From Dehalococcoidia bacterium (GTDB lineage: Bacteria; Chloroflexota; Dehalococcoidia; Bin125), in the NCBI GenBank assembly GCA_963663235.2, contig CAXXNO010000011.1:73202-137201 (forward strand): DNA of 64,000 nucleotides, in the 5' to 3' direction. Below the pieces are notes generated by a model. The model had not been told where the DNA came from and made no database searches. It saw only the letters and a list, made by a program, of their open reading frames with translations. Shown piece by piece: positions 29,457 through 37,568 of the stretch. Each line of letters opens with the position of its first letter. The first letter of the stretch is position 1. The position numbers and the translations under genes were made by a program.

Positions 29457-29547
29457 TGGCGGAGGGTGTGGGATTCGAACCCACGATCGAGTTTCCCCGA
29501 AACCCGCTTAGCAGGCGGGCGCACTAGGCCAACTATGCGAACCCTCC
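29457..29547 (-). tRNA. tRNA-Ser(GCT)
   Basis: GGAGGGT acceptor stem, anticodon arm CCCGC-CTGCTAA-GCGGG, long variable arm, GGTTCGAATCC, encoded CCA. Confidence 0.97.
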
Positions 29548-29639
29548 GGTCATGCCCGCTTGATCTTAGCAAGAGCACCGAGGACGGTGGCGACTTCGAG
29601 GCCACAGACCCGTTGGCGGGACCGCGTCGGAGGGGTGCG

Positions 29640-30545
29640 ATGCAGCGAGGGCGAATCAGGGTAAGGACGCCGCTGCGAGGGCGACGGCCGGGTCGGGCGG
29701 CGCTGCTGCTGGTCGCTATGGTCCTGCTCGGCGGGCCGGTGCTGGCCGCCTGCGGCGGAGACGGTGACGACGATGCACCGGCAGCGGCCGAGATCATCGA
29801 GCTGGAGACGAGCGACGGACTGCCGTTCGTCGCGGAGGTGCGAGACGGCGGCGGGATCTGGGTGCTGTTTGGCCATCAGTTCACGGGGAACCGTCGACTG
29901 TGGGCCCCGCTGGCCGAGGACTTTCACCAGCGGGGCTACTCGGTCCTGACCTGGGATTTCCGCGGGCACGGCGAAACGCCTGATTTCGAGGACGTGGAGA
30001 AGTTCTCCGCGGCGGAGATCTGGCGGGAGTGGCTGGCGGCGGTGAACTTCGCCGTGGCGGAGGGAGCCACGGCGGTGTACGCGATCGGCGCGAGCATGGG
30101 GGGCACGAGCGCGATGGTCGCGGCATCGATGGACTCGCGCATCGACGGCGTGGCGGCGATCTCCAGCCCCAATCGCTTCAGGGGGCTGGATGCGTTGGAG
30201 AACCTGGACCAGGTCACGGCGCCCAAGCTGTTCATCGCCGGCGAGGGCGACTTGGCGGCGCCCAAGTTCTCGCGCCGCTTCGACGAACAGTCCGTGGGGC
30301 CGCACGAGTTGGTGATCCTGGATACGGACCTGCATGGCAACACGCTGGCGGTGGACGAGGAGTTCGGGCCGATCGTGTTGGACCTGCTGCGGGCCTTCGT
30401 GCCCAGCGAGACGGAGGTGGAGAGGCCGGCGCCGGAGCCGGTCGCCGGCGGGGCGCGTGAGCGGCGGGCCGAGTCCCTAGACGACGCTACTTCATCGTTG
30501 AATGATGTGCCGGGAGCGACGAGCCAGCCTGCCCGGCTGATGTAG
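29640..30545 (+). CDS. Alpha/beta-hydrolase lipoprotein
   Basis: LAAC lipobox, WDFRGHG, GASMGG nucleophile elbow, LHG; the tail after about 30420 looks non-homologous. Confidence 0.85.
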   Translation: MQRGRIRVRTPLRGRRPGRAALLLVAMVLLGGPVLAACGGDGDDDAPAAAEIIELETSDGLPFVAEVRDGGGIWVLFGHQFTGNRRLWAPLAEDFHQRGYSVLTWDFRGHGETPDFEDVEKFSAAEIWREWLAAVNFAVAEGATAVYAIGASMGGTSAMVAASMDSRIDGVAAISSPNRFRGLDALENLDQVTAPKLFIAGEGDLAAPKFSRRFDEQSVGPHELVILDTDLHGNTLAVDEEFGPIVLDLLRAFVPSETEVERPAPEPVAGGARERRAESLDDATSSLNDVPGATSQPARLM

Positions 30546-30608
30546 ATCATCGCTGAATCATCATCCCCTTCGGCGGCCTTACTGTGCCGAGCGAGTGGTG
30601 ACCGCCAG

Positions 30609-31123
30609 GTGGCGGCCGCGGCTCGGGGGCGGGGGTTTTCTGTCGCCCTTGCGGGTGCGCGGTCCAGATGGGCGGGGCCGCCGGGGCGGGCCGGGGGTGG
30701 GGGCTGGGCGACAGAAAGGGACGGGAGGGGGCCAGCCCGGGGGCGCTCGGTGGACAGATGGCGGCGGGGGCCGGACGGGGAGGCGGACAGGGAGCCGCCC
30801 AGGTCGTCGAGGAGGCGGTCGAGCGCGGAGAGGGCCGGCTGCGCGGCGGTGATCCGGGCCAGGAGTTGTTCGGCGCCCTCCAGGATCTGCCAGGTGGCGA
30901 GGTTCGTTTGGAGGGCGGGGTCTGTCTCCAAGCGATCGAGGCGGCGCAGGTCGCGGGTGACGGTGCGCTCGGAAACGCCGAGCGCGTGGGCGATGCGGCG
31001 TCGGGTCCAGCCGCGGCGGCGGAGGCGGAGGACGCGATCGAGGCGGCGTCGGGTGGGGCGGTGCCGGTACCAGGGCGGCCGGCCGCAGGGCTGGTCGATG
31101 GTGCTTATAGCGTATGGTAGCAC
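30609..31123 (-). CDS. HTH-domain protein with low-complexity tail, 3' end unclear (possibly degenerate)
   Basis: LRRRGWTRRRIAHALGVSERTVTRDL HTH; the frame stays open to 29936, antisense over the hydrolase, so the end coordinate is approximate. Confidence 0.55.
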
Positions 31124-31165
31124 GCGGATGGGGGGCTTGTGCCTTTGGCATTCCAGCAGGTTTTT

Positions 31166-31179
31166 AGAACTCCCATTCG
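31166..31179. promoter_or_regulatory. Candidate Gram-positive-type LexA box
   Basis: AGAAC-TCCC-ATTCG, one mismatch to GAAC-N4-GTTC, upstream of the HTH gene. Confidence 0.35.
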
Positions 31180-31294
31180 AGCACTCTAGTGAGCGATATC
31201 CGGTACGCTAGCCGCAGACACGGAAAAGCCCCAGCGTTTGGGGGCTCGAATGCGTTCGTCACAAGCGTTAGTGGACAGGTCAGACTCCCGGTAT

Positions 31295-31326
31295 GACGCC
31301 CCTGGACGGTCGCGTCCAGGGGCGTC
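31295..31326. terminator. 14-bp hairpin
   Basis: GACGCCCCTGGACG-GTCG-CGTCCAGGGGCGTC. Confidence 0.55.
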
Positions 31327-31353
31327 GTTGTCCCTGGTGTAGAGGAAGCGACA

Positions 31354-31575
31354 ATGGCTATGAGTGAAGAGCTAAGAATTGCCTACGAAGATGCCGATAA
31401 GAAACACAGGGCTGAGCACGCTCGGCTTTTCCCCGTGCAAACGGTCACTGGCAAGTTGGAACTCAGCCGTCTCGAATCGCCGACGGCGGAAGACTTCGCG
31501 CGCCTTCATGCGCTCCACGAAGAAAGCGAACGTCTGCGTCGCGAATGGTTCAACGCGCCTAATCAGGCCCGCTGA
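31354..31575 (+). CDS. Hypothetical 73-aa protein in a lower-GC islet
   Basis: GAGGAAG RBS, ATG start, atypical codon usage. Confidence 0.6.
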   Translation: MAMSEELRIAYEDADKKHRAEHARLFPVQTVTGKLELSRLESPTAEDFARLHALHEESERLRREWFNAPNQAR

Positions 31576-31910
31576 TCTCAAACTGACCCACTACGTGACG
31601 GCGCGCTCGTTCGCGACCGGAGCCGGATGGGCACGCGCCGGGCGGCGCGTCCTAGGCTTATTTTGTGACTATCGCCGTACCGCACGTACCGTACAGGGCC
31701 GGCGCATCTGATAATCTGCGGAATTCGAACCTACACAGACGAGGACGAGATGGTCGCATCCGAAGTACGTCCGATGGACCGGGTGATCTGGGTCGGTAGC
31801 AGCAGATGCACTTGCGCCTCGTGATCAAAGAGGAGTCCGTTCGCGCCTTGGCACCGGCATACTTGAGACGTTTGCGCTAGGCTTTCTGCCGGGAAGGACA
31901 GGTTGCGCCC

Positions 31911-32525
31911 ATGACGAACGCGGAGAACGGCTACCCAGCCCGATTGGCGATTGACTACCCCGATCGGCCTCTGAACCGCTGGAGCACGCTCCTACGGATT
32001 GTCTACGCCATCCCGATCGTCATCGTGTTGGGGCTCGTGGGCGGGAACGGGGGTGGACGTGGCAGCGGCGGGGGCGCAGGCGGACAGCTGATTCTGGGTC
32101 CGCTGGTGATGATTCTCTTCCGTCGCAAGTACCCCCGCTGGTGGTTCGACTGGAACCTGCAGTTCGTGCGTTTCGTGACCCGTGTCTCCGCCTACCTCCT
32201 CCTCCTCGACGACCGCTATCCGGCTACGGACGCGGATCAGTCGGTGCAGCTGGAGCTGGACTACCCCGACGTGCCGCAGGAGCTCAATCGCTGGCTGCCG
32301 CTGGTGAAGTGGCTCCTGGCCCTCCCGCACTACGTGGTGCTGAGCGTGCTCTTGGTCGTCGTGGCGCTGAGCGTCGTGGCGGCCTGGTTCGCGATCCTGG
32401 CCACGGGGCGCTACCCGCGCGGGCTCTTCGATTTCGTGGTGGGGGGAATGCGCTGGGCGCTGCGCGTGAACGCGTACGCTTTCTTGCTCACGACCGATCG
32501 CTATCCGCCGTTTAGTATAAACTGA
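31911..32525 (+). CDS. DUF4389 membrane protein (two repeats)
   Basis: LNRWSTLLR...YPRWWFDW..RVSAY...DRYP repeated as LNRWLPLVK...YPRGLFDF..RVNAY..DRYPPF. Confidence 0.9.
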   Translation: MTNAENGYPARLAIDYPDRPLNRWSTLLRIVYAIPIVIVLGLVGGNGGGRGSGGGAGGQLILGPLVMILFRRKYPRWWFDWNLQFVRFVTRVSAYLLLLDDRYPATDADQSVQLELDYPDVPQELNRWLPLVKWLLALPHYVVLSVLLVVVALSVVAAWFAILATGRYPRGLFDFVVGGMRWALRVNAYAFLLTTDRYPPFSIN

Positions 32526-32616
32526 GCGCTGCAGCACGTGGCGTGCGCACCCCTGGACTATCGCCTACCTAGTACGTGCTGTGCGGGGATAGTCGCCGAC
32601 ACGCGGGAGAGGAATC

Positions 32617-33528
32617 ATGCCCGACTACACGTACGAAAAGTGTCTCGCGAACTCGTATCGGATCAACTGGCGCATTGAGGACGTCATCGGCGGTCAGCGG
32701 TTCGACCCCTCGCGGCGCTGGCTGCCCGCGCAATTGTCCGGCGCCGACGCGATCGGCTGCCTCAACGAGGCAGAGAAGACGAAGCTCACCCACGTGGAAA
32801 TGGGCGCGTACGCGCACCTGTTCGGATTCGTGGAGGAGTTCATCTCGCCGACGATTCTGCGCTTGGCGGGCGAATTTGAAGTCGACCAGCGGCCTGCCTT
32901 CGACGCGCTGACGAATTTCGCGTCCGAAGAGGTCAAGCACATGACCCTCTTCCGGGAGGTCCGGTCGCTGGTGAACGAAGCGATCGGGTTCCCGGCCACC
33001 CTGCTGGGCGACGAGAAGGCCGTCGCTCACTTGGTGATGAGCAAGCACATCGGCGCCGTGCTGTTGCTGATATCGGTGATCGAGTGGTTCACCCAGCTGC
33101 ATTATCTATCGGGCTTCAAGGACGACGAGAGCCTCGATCCCTTCACGAAGCGGATCTTCCGCGCGCACTGGCAAGAGGAGTCGCAGCACGCGCAGCTCGA
33201 CTACCTAGAAACGGTGCGCAAGTTCGCCGCGATGACGTCCGCAGAGAAGGACCAGGCGATTGACGATCTGATCGAACTGGTGGGGGCGGTCGATGGGCTC
33301 CTGCAGCAGCAGACCGCCCATGACGTCGACAACCTGGCGCGCTACCTGGACCGGAGCTTCACGGAGGCCGAGCGCGAGGAAGTGGCGACCAGCGTGCTCA
33401 AGGCCAAGCGCTACACTTTCATCGAGAGCGGCGTGACGCACCCGAACTTCCAGCTGGTCTTCACCGAGGTCACCAACGAGGCGCAGCGCGAGAAGGTGGG
33501 AGCCGCGCTGGGGGCGCTGCTGGGCTAG
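32617..33528 (+). CDS. Ferritin-like diiron protein (AurF-like)
   Basis: FVEE, EEVKH, IEW, EESQH diiron ligand pattern. Confidence 0.8.
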   Translation: MPDYTYEKCLANSYRINWRIEDVIGGQRFDPSRRWLPAQLSGADAIGCLNEAEKTKLTHVEMGAYAHLFGFVEEFISPTILRLAGEFEVDQRPAFDALTNFASEEVKHMTLFREVRSLVNEAIGFPATLLGDEKAVAHLVMSKHIGAVLLLISVIEWFTQLHYLSGFKDDESLDPFTKRIFRAHWQEESQHAQLDYLETVRKFAAMTSAEKDQAIDDLIELVGAVDGLLQQQTAHDVDNLARYLDRSFTEAEREEVATSVLKAKRYTFIESGVTHPNFQLVFTEVTNEAQREKVGAALGALLG

Positions 33529-33600
33529 GCGGCGCCAAGCCGCGAGGGAGCTGGCTCGCGATGGTCATGCTCCAGGGTGTGACTGCGCGTTCATTACCGC

Positions 33601-34610
33601 TTATTTGATCGCCACGACCATGGATTCGGGGCCGGCCAGCGGCTCGACGCGCGCCTCGCGGAAGCCGGCGGCGCGGAGCCAGCGGCAACAGTCGGCGCCC
33701 GTGTAGTCGAAGCCCCCGGGGGTCTCGATGAGCATGTTGAGGCTCATCAGCAGCCCGAAGGCGTTGTGGCGGCGGTCGTCGTCGATTATGGCGTCGTAGA
33801 CGATGAGCGCGCCGCCGTCGGGGAGTGCGCCGTAGGCCTTCTCGATCAGCAGGCGCTTCTCGTCCAGGTTCCAGCCGTGCAGGATGTGGCCCATCACCAA
33901 GACGTCCGCGTTGGGCAAGGGGTCTTGAAAGAAATCGCCCGGGTAGAAGCGCAGGCGCTGGGCGAGGCCGGCCGCCTGGACGTACTCCTGGAAGAGCGGT
34001 GCGACGACGGGGAGGTCTAAGCCGCCGCCGGTGAGGTGCGGATGCCGCTGCGCGATGTGGACGGGCAGGGCGCCTTGCGCGGCGCCGATATCGATGAAGG
34101 TCTTGTAGCGGTCCCACGGGAAGCGCTCGGCCATGGCGGCGGCCGCGCCCAGGGAGATCCCGGTCATGGCTTGCAGGAATTGTCGCAGGCGAGCGGGGTC
34201 GGCGTAGATGGCGGTGAAGGGGTCGTCGCCGTGTTTGCTTTCGTTCTGGGGCGTGCCCGATCGCAGCGCTTCCGTCAGGGCGCCCCAGAACGAGTACGTG
34301 CGGGCGTTCGCCATCTCCAGGAGGCCGCCGACGTAGGAGGGCTTGGCGGGGTCCAGGAAGAGGTCGGTCTCGGGGGTGTTGCGATAGCGGTCGCCGTCGC
34401 GGTCGAGCATGCCCAGGGCAACGAGGGCGTCGAGGAAGTCGGGTGCGCCGCGTTCGTGCAGGCCGAGCCGATCGCGGATCGCTTTTGGTCGAGGGGGCCC
34501 TGGGCGAGCGCGCTGAAGAGGCCGAGCTCGACGGCCGAGAGGAGCGTCTTGGAGCCCCAGAACGCCATGCCAATTTGCAGGATGTGGTCGGGAGCGAGTT
34601 GGGGCGTCAT
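33601..34610 (-). pseudogene. Class I O-methyltransferase with dimerisation domain, one frameshift
   Basis: [32 protein letters not shown]...GPLD in one frame continues as [20 protein letters not shown]...DIGAAQG...GDFF...GHILH in another; break at the A4 run 34483-34486. Could be an assembly error. Confidence 0.85.
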
Positions 34611-34783
34611 GAGCCGTTCCTCCTGTGCGGGATTCCGGGTTGCGGCAACTGGATGGCGCGATGAGGCTACGATCCATCGCACGGCTCGTCTAGGCTGGCG
34701 GCTGCGGGCGCGCCTTTGGGGCCCGGGTGACCCGATGTGACGCGGAGCCGGTCGGGGCGGCGGGACCGCGGAGTGGAGGCATC

Positions 34784-35254
34784 GTGCGAGTGACGGCCAG
34801 CAGGATGATCGAGGCGACGACGGCCGACGTGTTCGCGCTGGTGGCGGAGATAGAGGGGTACGCGGCGTGGCTGCCGGGGACGGTGGAGGCGGAGCGGGTG
34901 GCGGAGGAGAGCGGAGAGGTGGGCGCGGTCTACCGTGTGGTCGAGAAGCAGGGCTGGCGCCGGGTGACGCAGCGGCTGGAGGTGGTGGAGACAGAGGCGC
35001 CGCGACGGCTGGTGGTGGAGTCGAGGCCCTTCGACTTCGCTCAGGACAGGCCGTGGCGGGGTGGAGAGTCGGCGCAGTGGATCTGGGACTTCTGGCCGGC
35101 GGGGGAGGGGTCGACGCGGGTGACGCTGGTGGGGGAGGCGCAGCTGCCGCGGGCGCTGCGGTTGGCGGGGCCGGTGGTGCGTCGACTGGCGGGGTGGATG
35201 CTGGGGAGGTACCTGCGGCGGTTGGAGAAGGCGGTGAAGGAGACGTCGCGATGA
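34784..35254 (+). CDS. SRPBCC family protein with an 8-aa REP-derived insert
   Basis: [31 protein letters not shown]; GGAGG RBS; insert PFDFAQDR. Confidence 0.8.
   Translation: MRVTASRMIEATTADVFALVAEIEGYAAWLPGTVEAERVAEESGEVGAVYRVVEKQGWRRVTQRLEVVETEAPRRLVVESRPFDFAQDRPWRGGESAQWIWDFWPAGEGSTRVTLVGEAQLPRALRLAGPVVRRLAGWMLGRYLRRLEKAVKETSR
35027..35050 (+). repeat. In-frame 24-bp REP-like element CCCTTCGACTTCGCTCAGGACAGG
   Basis: AGGCC direct repeat at 35024-35028 and 35048-35052; related sequence at 43988-44010. Confidence 0.7.
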
Positions 35255-35330
35255 TCGGGAACGTCAAGACGGCCGCGCCGAGGCCGGCCGTTTGCGCTAT
35301 CCTGCCGCCGTCGTGAAACGGAGGTGGCGT

Positions 35331-35588
35331 GTGCGCCGCTTTGGCCTGATTGCGTTGGCGTTGGTGACCGTCGCGCTCGTCGCGGCCTGCTCGGATGGTG
35401 ACGACGGCGGGGACGGGGATCTCGACGCGCGGATCCAGGGTCTCGAAGAGCGACTCGGCGTCGTCGAGGGCCAGGGAGCCGAGATCGGCGCGCTGATCGT
35501 CTTGGGGTACGGCCTGGAGCCGATGGGCGTGGACGCGGGCGCGCCCATCGGCAGTGGTGCGTTCGCTACCGCGCGTTCGGTGGAGTAG
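35331..35588 (+). CDS. Short lipoprotein, possibly truncated
   Basis: GGAGG RBS, VAAC lipobox, short coiled segment. Confidence 0.55.
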   Translation: MRRFGLIALALVTVALVAACSDGDDGGDGDLDARIQGLEERLGVVEGQGAEIGALIVLGYGLEPMGVDAGAPIGSGAFATARSVE

Positions 35589-35740
35589 AAGAGACTTGCT
35601 TTTTTGACGCCCCCGTCTGCGAGCGCGAGGTGCACATCGGCCGGGTGCTTCCCGACAACTGTCTCAACCCGAGCACGGCCGCGGGCGACGATTGAGGTTG
35701 ACGGGGGCGCTAACCTTTGCTGCGGAGGGGGAGGCAGGGC

Positions 35741-36178
35741 ATGCGCTGGGCGTGGGCGCTAGCGGTTTTCGCGACGGTGGTCATCGCCGCCTGCGGGTAT
35801 GGCGACGACGACGCCGACGAATCGCTCGACGCCGACGAGGCGGCGGTGGTTGTGCGTGTCAACGGGCGGCTGGTGACGGAGCCCGCGCTGAACCGCATCG
35901 TGGACCTGCGCGGCGGTCAATGCTTCAACGATCCGCGAGGCCTTGTGTTCGGGGAGTCTTCCACCCAGCGAATCGAAGTGGTGTCGTGCGACGGGCCCTG
36001 GCAGTACCAGGTGCGGCACTCGTTCACGGTCCCGGCGAGCGGGGGCTATCCGCCGGGCGCGTTCTTCGATGGGGAGCCCCTGCGTTGCGATCGGCGGGTC
36101 ACGTTCTTCGTCTTCCCGGTCCCGACACGGTGGGACTTTGGGCACCGGACGGTCGCTTGCCTCCTGGAGCGCCAGTGA
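35741..36178 (+). CDS. Lipoprotein with septum-formation-like Cys domain
   Basis: IAAC lipobox; DLRGGQCFND...VVSCDGPW.YQV...PTRWDFGHRTVAC. Confidence 0.7.
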   Translation: MRWAWALAVFATVVIAACGYGDDDADESLDADEAAVVVRVNGRLVTEPALNRIVDLRGGQCFNDPRGLVFGESSTQRIEVVSCDGPWQYQVRHSFTVPASGGYPPGAFFDGEPLRCDRRVTFFVFPVPTRWDFGHRTVACLLERQ

Positions 36179-36307
36179 CGCAGGCCTAGCGGTGGGGGTG
36201 TCGCGCGGCGGCGGTGCCCGACTCTTCGTTCGGGATCGCCGTAGGCCGGCGTCGCTGTCCGCGCGTGATCGCCGCCGCCCGTCGTGGGATCTGAGGTCTC
36301 GGCACTG

Positions 36308-36721
36308 ATGACGTCGTTGCTCTGGCTGCTGGGCAAGCTGGTCTTTTTGGCCATCCTGCCATTGCACGCTGTCTGGCTGCTGGCGACGGCGATCCAGGCC
36401 CGCGTTCGCTCCATGGAGAGCCTGGAGCGGAAGCACGCGGCGCTGGAGCAGCGGCTGGCCGCGGCCGTCGAGCAGCTGGGGGAGCTGGGGCTCGCGCAGG
36501 ACCTGCCGCTGGAGTCGTCGGACCGGCGCGGGCGCCGCTTGAAAGGGTTGCTCGAGGAGGCCGGGCGGTTCAGCGATGAGGCGAGGGAGCATCGGGCGTA
36601 CGGGCGGAAGTGGCGCGCGCAGCGGGCGCTGGGGTCGATGAACGTGCGGCTGCTGTGGTTTCAGCAGTTTTCGGCGAAGTACGTGGAGCAGAGGCGGGCG
36701 GGGATCGGGGGTCGGGGGTAG
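36308..36721 (+). CDS. Hypothetical membrane-anchored coiled-coil protein
   Basis: N-terminal hydrophobic stretch then helical region; host-like codon usage. Confidence 0.6.
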   Translation: MTSLLWLLGKLVFLAILPLHAVWLLATAIQARVRSMESLERKHAALEQRLAAAVEQLGELGLAQDLPLESSDRRGRRLKGLLEEAGRFSDEAREHRAYGRKWRAQRALGSMNVRLLWFQQFSAKYVEQRRAGIGGRG

Positions 36722-36795
36722 GGGGCGGCGTGCGGCTCGGCCAGAATGTACGGTGGCACTATTGACACTGCATCGGTGGTGGTGGTATTGGTGTC

Positions 36796-37035
36796 ATGGC
36801 TGAGATTGATTTTGGACTGCTGCGCCGACGGGTCAGCGGCCTGACGCAGCGGGAGTTGGTCGGCCTGGCCGTTCGGCTGGGCTGGGAGCATGAGTCGAGG
36901 CGGGGGAAGGGGAGCCACGAGGTGGTGCGCAAGGGCGGCCGGACGCTCACGATCCCGCAGCACCGGAGCAAGGGCACGTAGCTGGCGATCCTGCGCGACC
37001 TGGAACGGGGAGCGGCGAATGAAGGCGCGGACTAA
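36796..37035 (+). pseudogene. hicA: HicA family toxin with internal amber stop
   Basis: GKGSHE..TLTIPQH motif; TAG at 36979-36981 is followed in frame by LAILRDLERGAANEGAD*; TTGACA at 36762-36767. Confidence 0.8.
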
Positions 37036-37462
37036 GCAGCGGGTGGCGGAGGTGTTGGCGGCGCCGTATGCGCGGGTGCTGCGTCGGGATGCGGACGGGG
37101 GCTTCGGCGCGGAGGCGCTGGAGTTTCCCGGTTGCTACTCGGCGGGGGCGGACGGGCCGGAGGCGCTGGCGAACCTGGACGAGGCGATGGCGCTGTGGGT
37201 GGCGTCGCAGCTGGAGCAGGGGCAGGAGATCCCGCCGCCGCTGGCCGTGGCGGAGTATTCGGGTCGCGTGACGCTGCGGCTGCCGCCGTCGCTGCACGAG
37301 CGGGCGGCGCTGCTGGCGGCGGCGGAGGGGGTGAGTTTGAACCGCTGGCTGTCGGCGGCGGTGGCGGTGTACGCGGGGGAGCGGGTGGACGTGGGGAGGG
37401 CGCGGGAGGTTGCGCGGGTGGCGGAGGGGGAGGCGGGGTATGGGTCGGGGCGGGGGGAGTGA
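37019..37462 (+). CDS. hicB: HicB family antitoxin with RHH domain
   Basis: EFPGCYSAG..EALANLDEAM...IPPP..YSGRVTLRLPPSLH...EGVSLN. Confidence 0.92.
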   Translation: MKARTKQRVAEVLAAPYARVLRRDADGGFGAEALEFPGCYSAGADGPEALANLDEAMALWVASQLEQGQEIPPPLAVAEYSGRVTLRLPPSLHERAALLAAAEGVSLNRWLSAAVAVYAGERVDVGRAREVARVAEGEAGYGSGRGE

Positions 37463-37568
37463 GGGGGCGGAGAACGTGTGGCTGATGTGGTTTGAGCATG
37501 TGGTGAGGGGGCGGGAGTGAGGGGTCTGGGGTGAGTTTGCGGACACGGACGGCCCGTATCATTGAATC

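Noticed and set aside
29457-29547. Amber-suppressor tRNA (CTA occurs in the anticodon loop)
   Set aside because: The 7-nt loop CTGCTAA centres on GCT, a normal tRNA-Ser.
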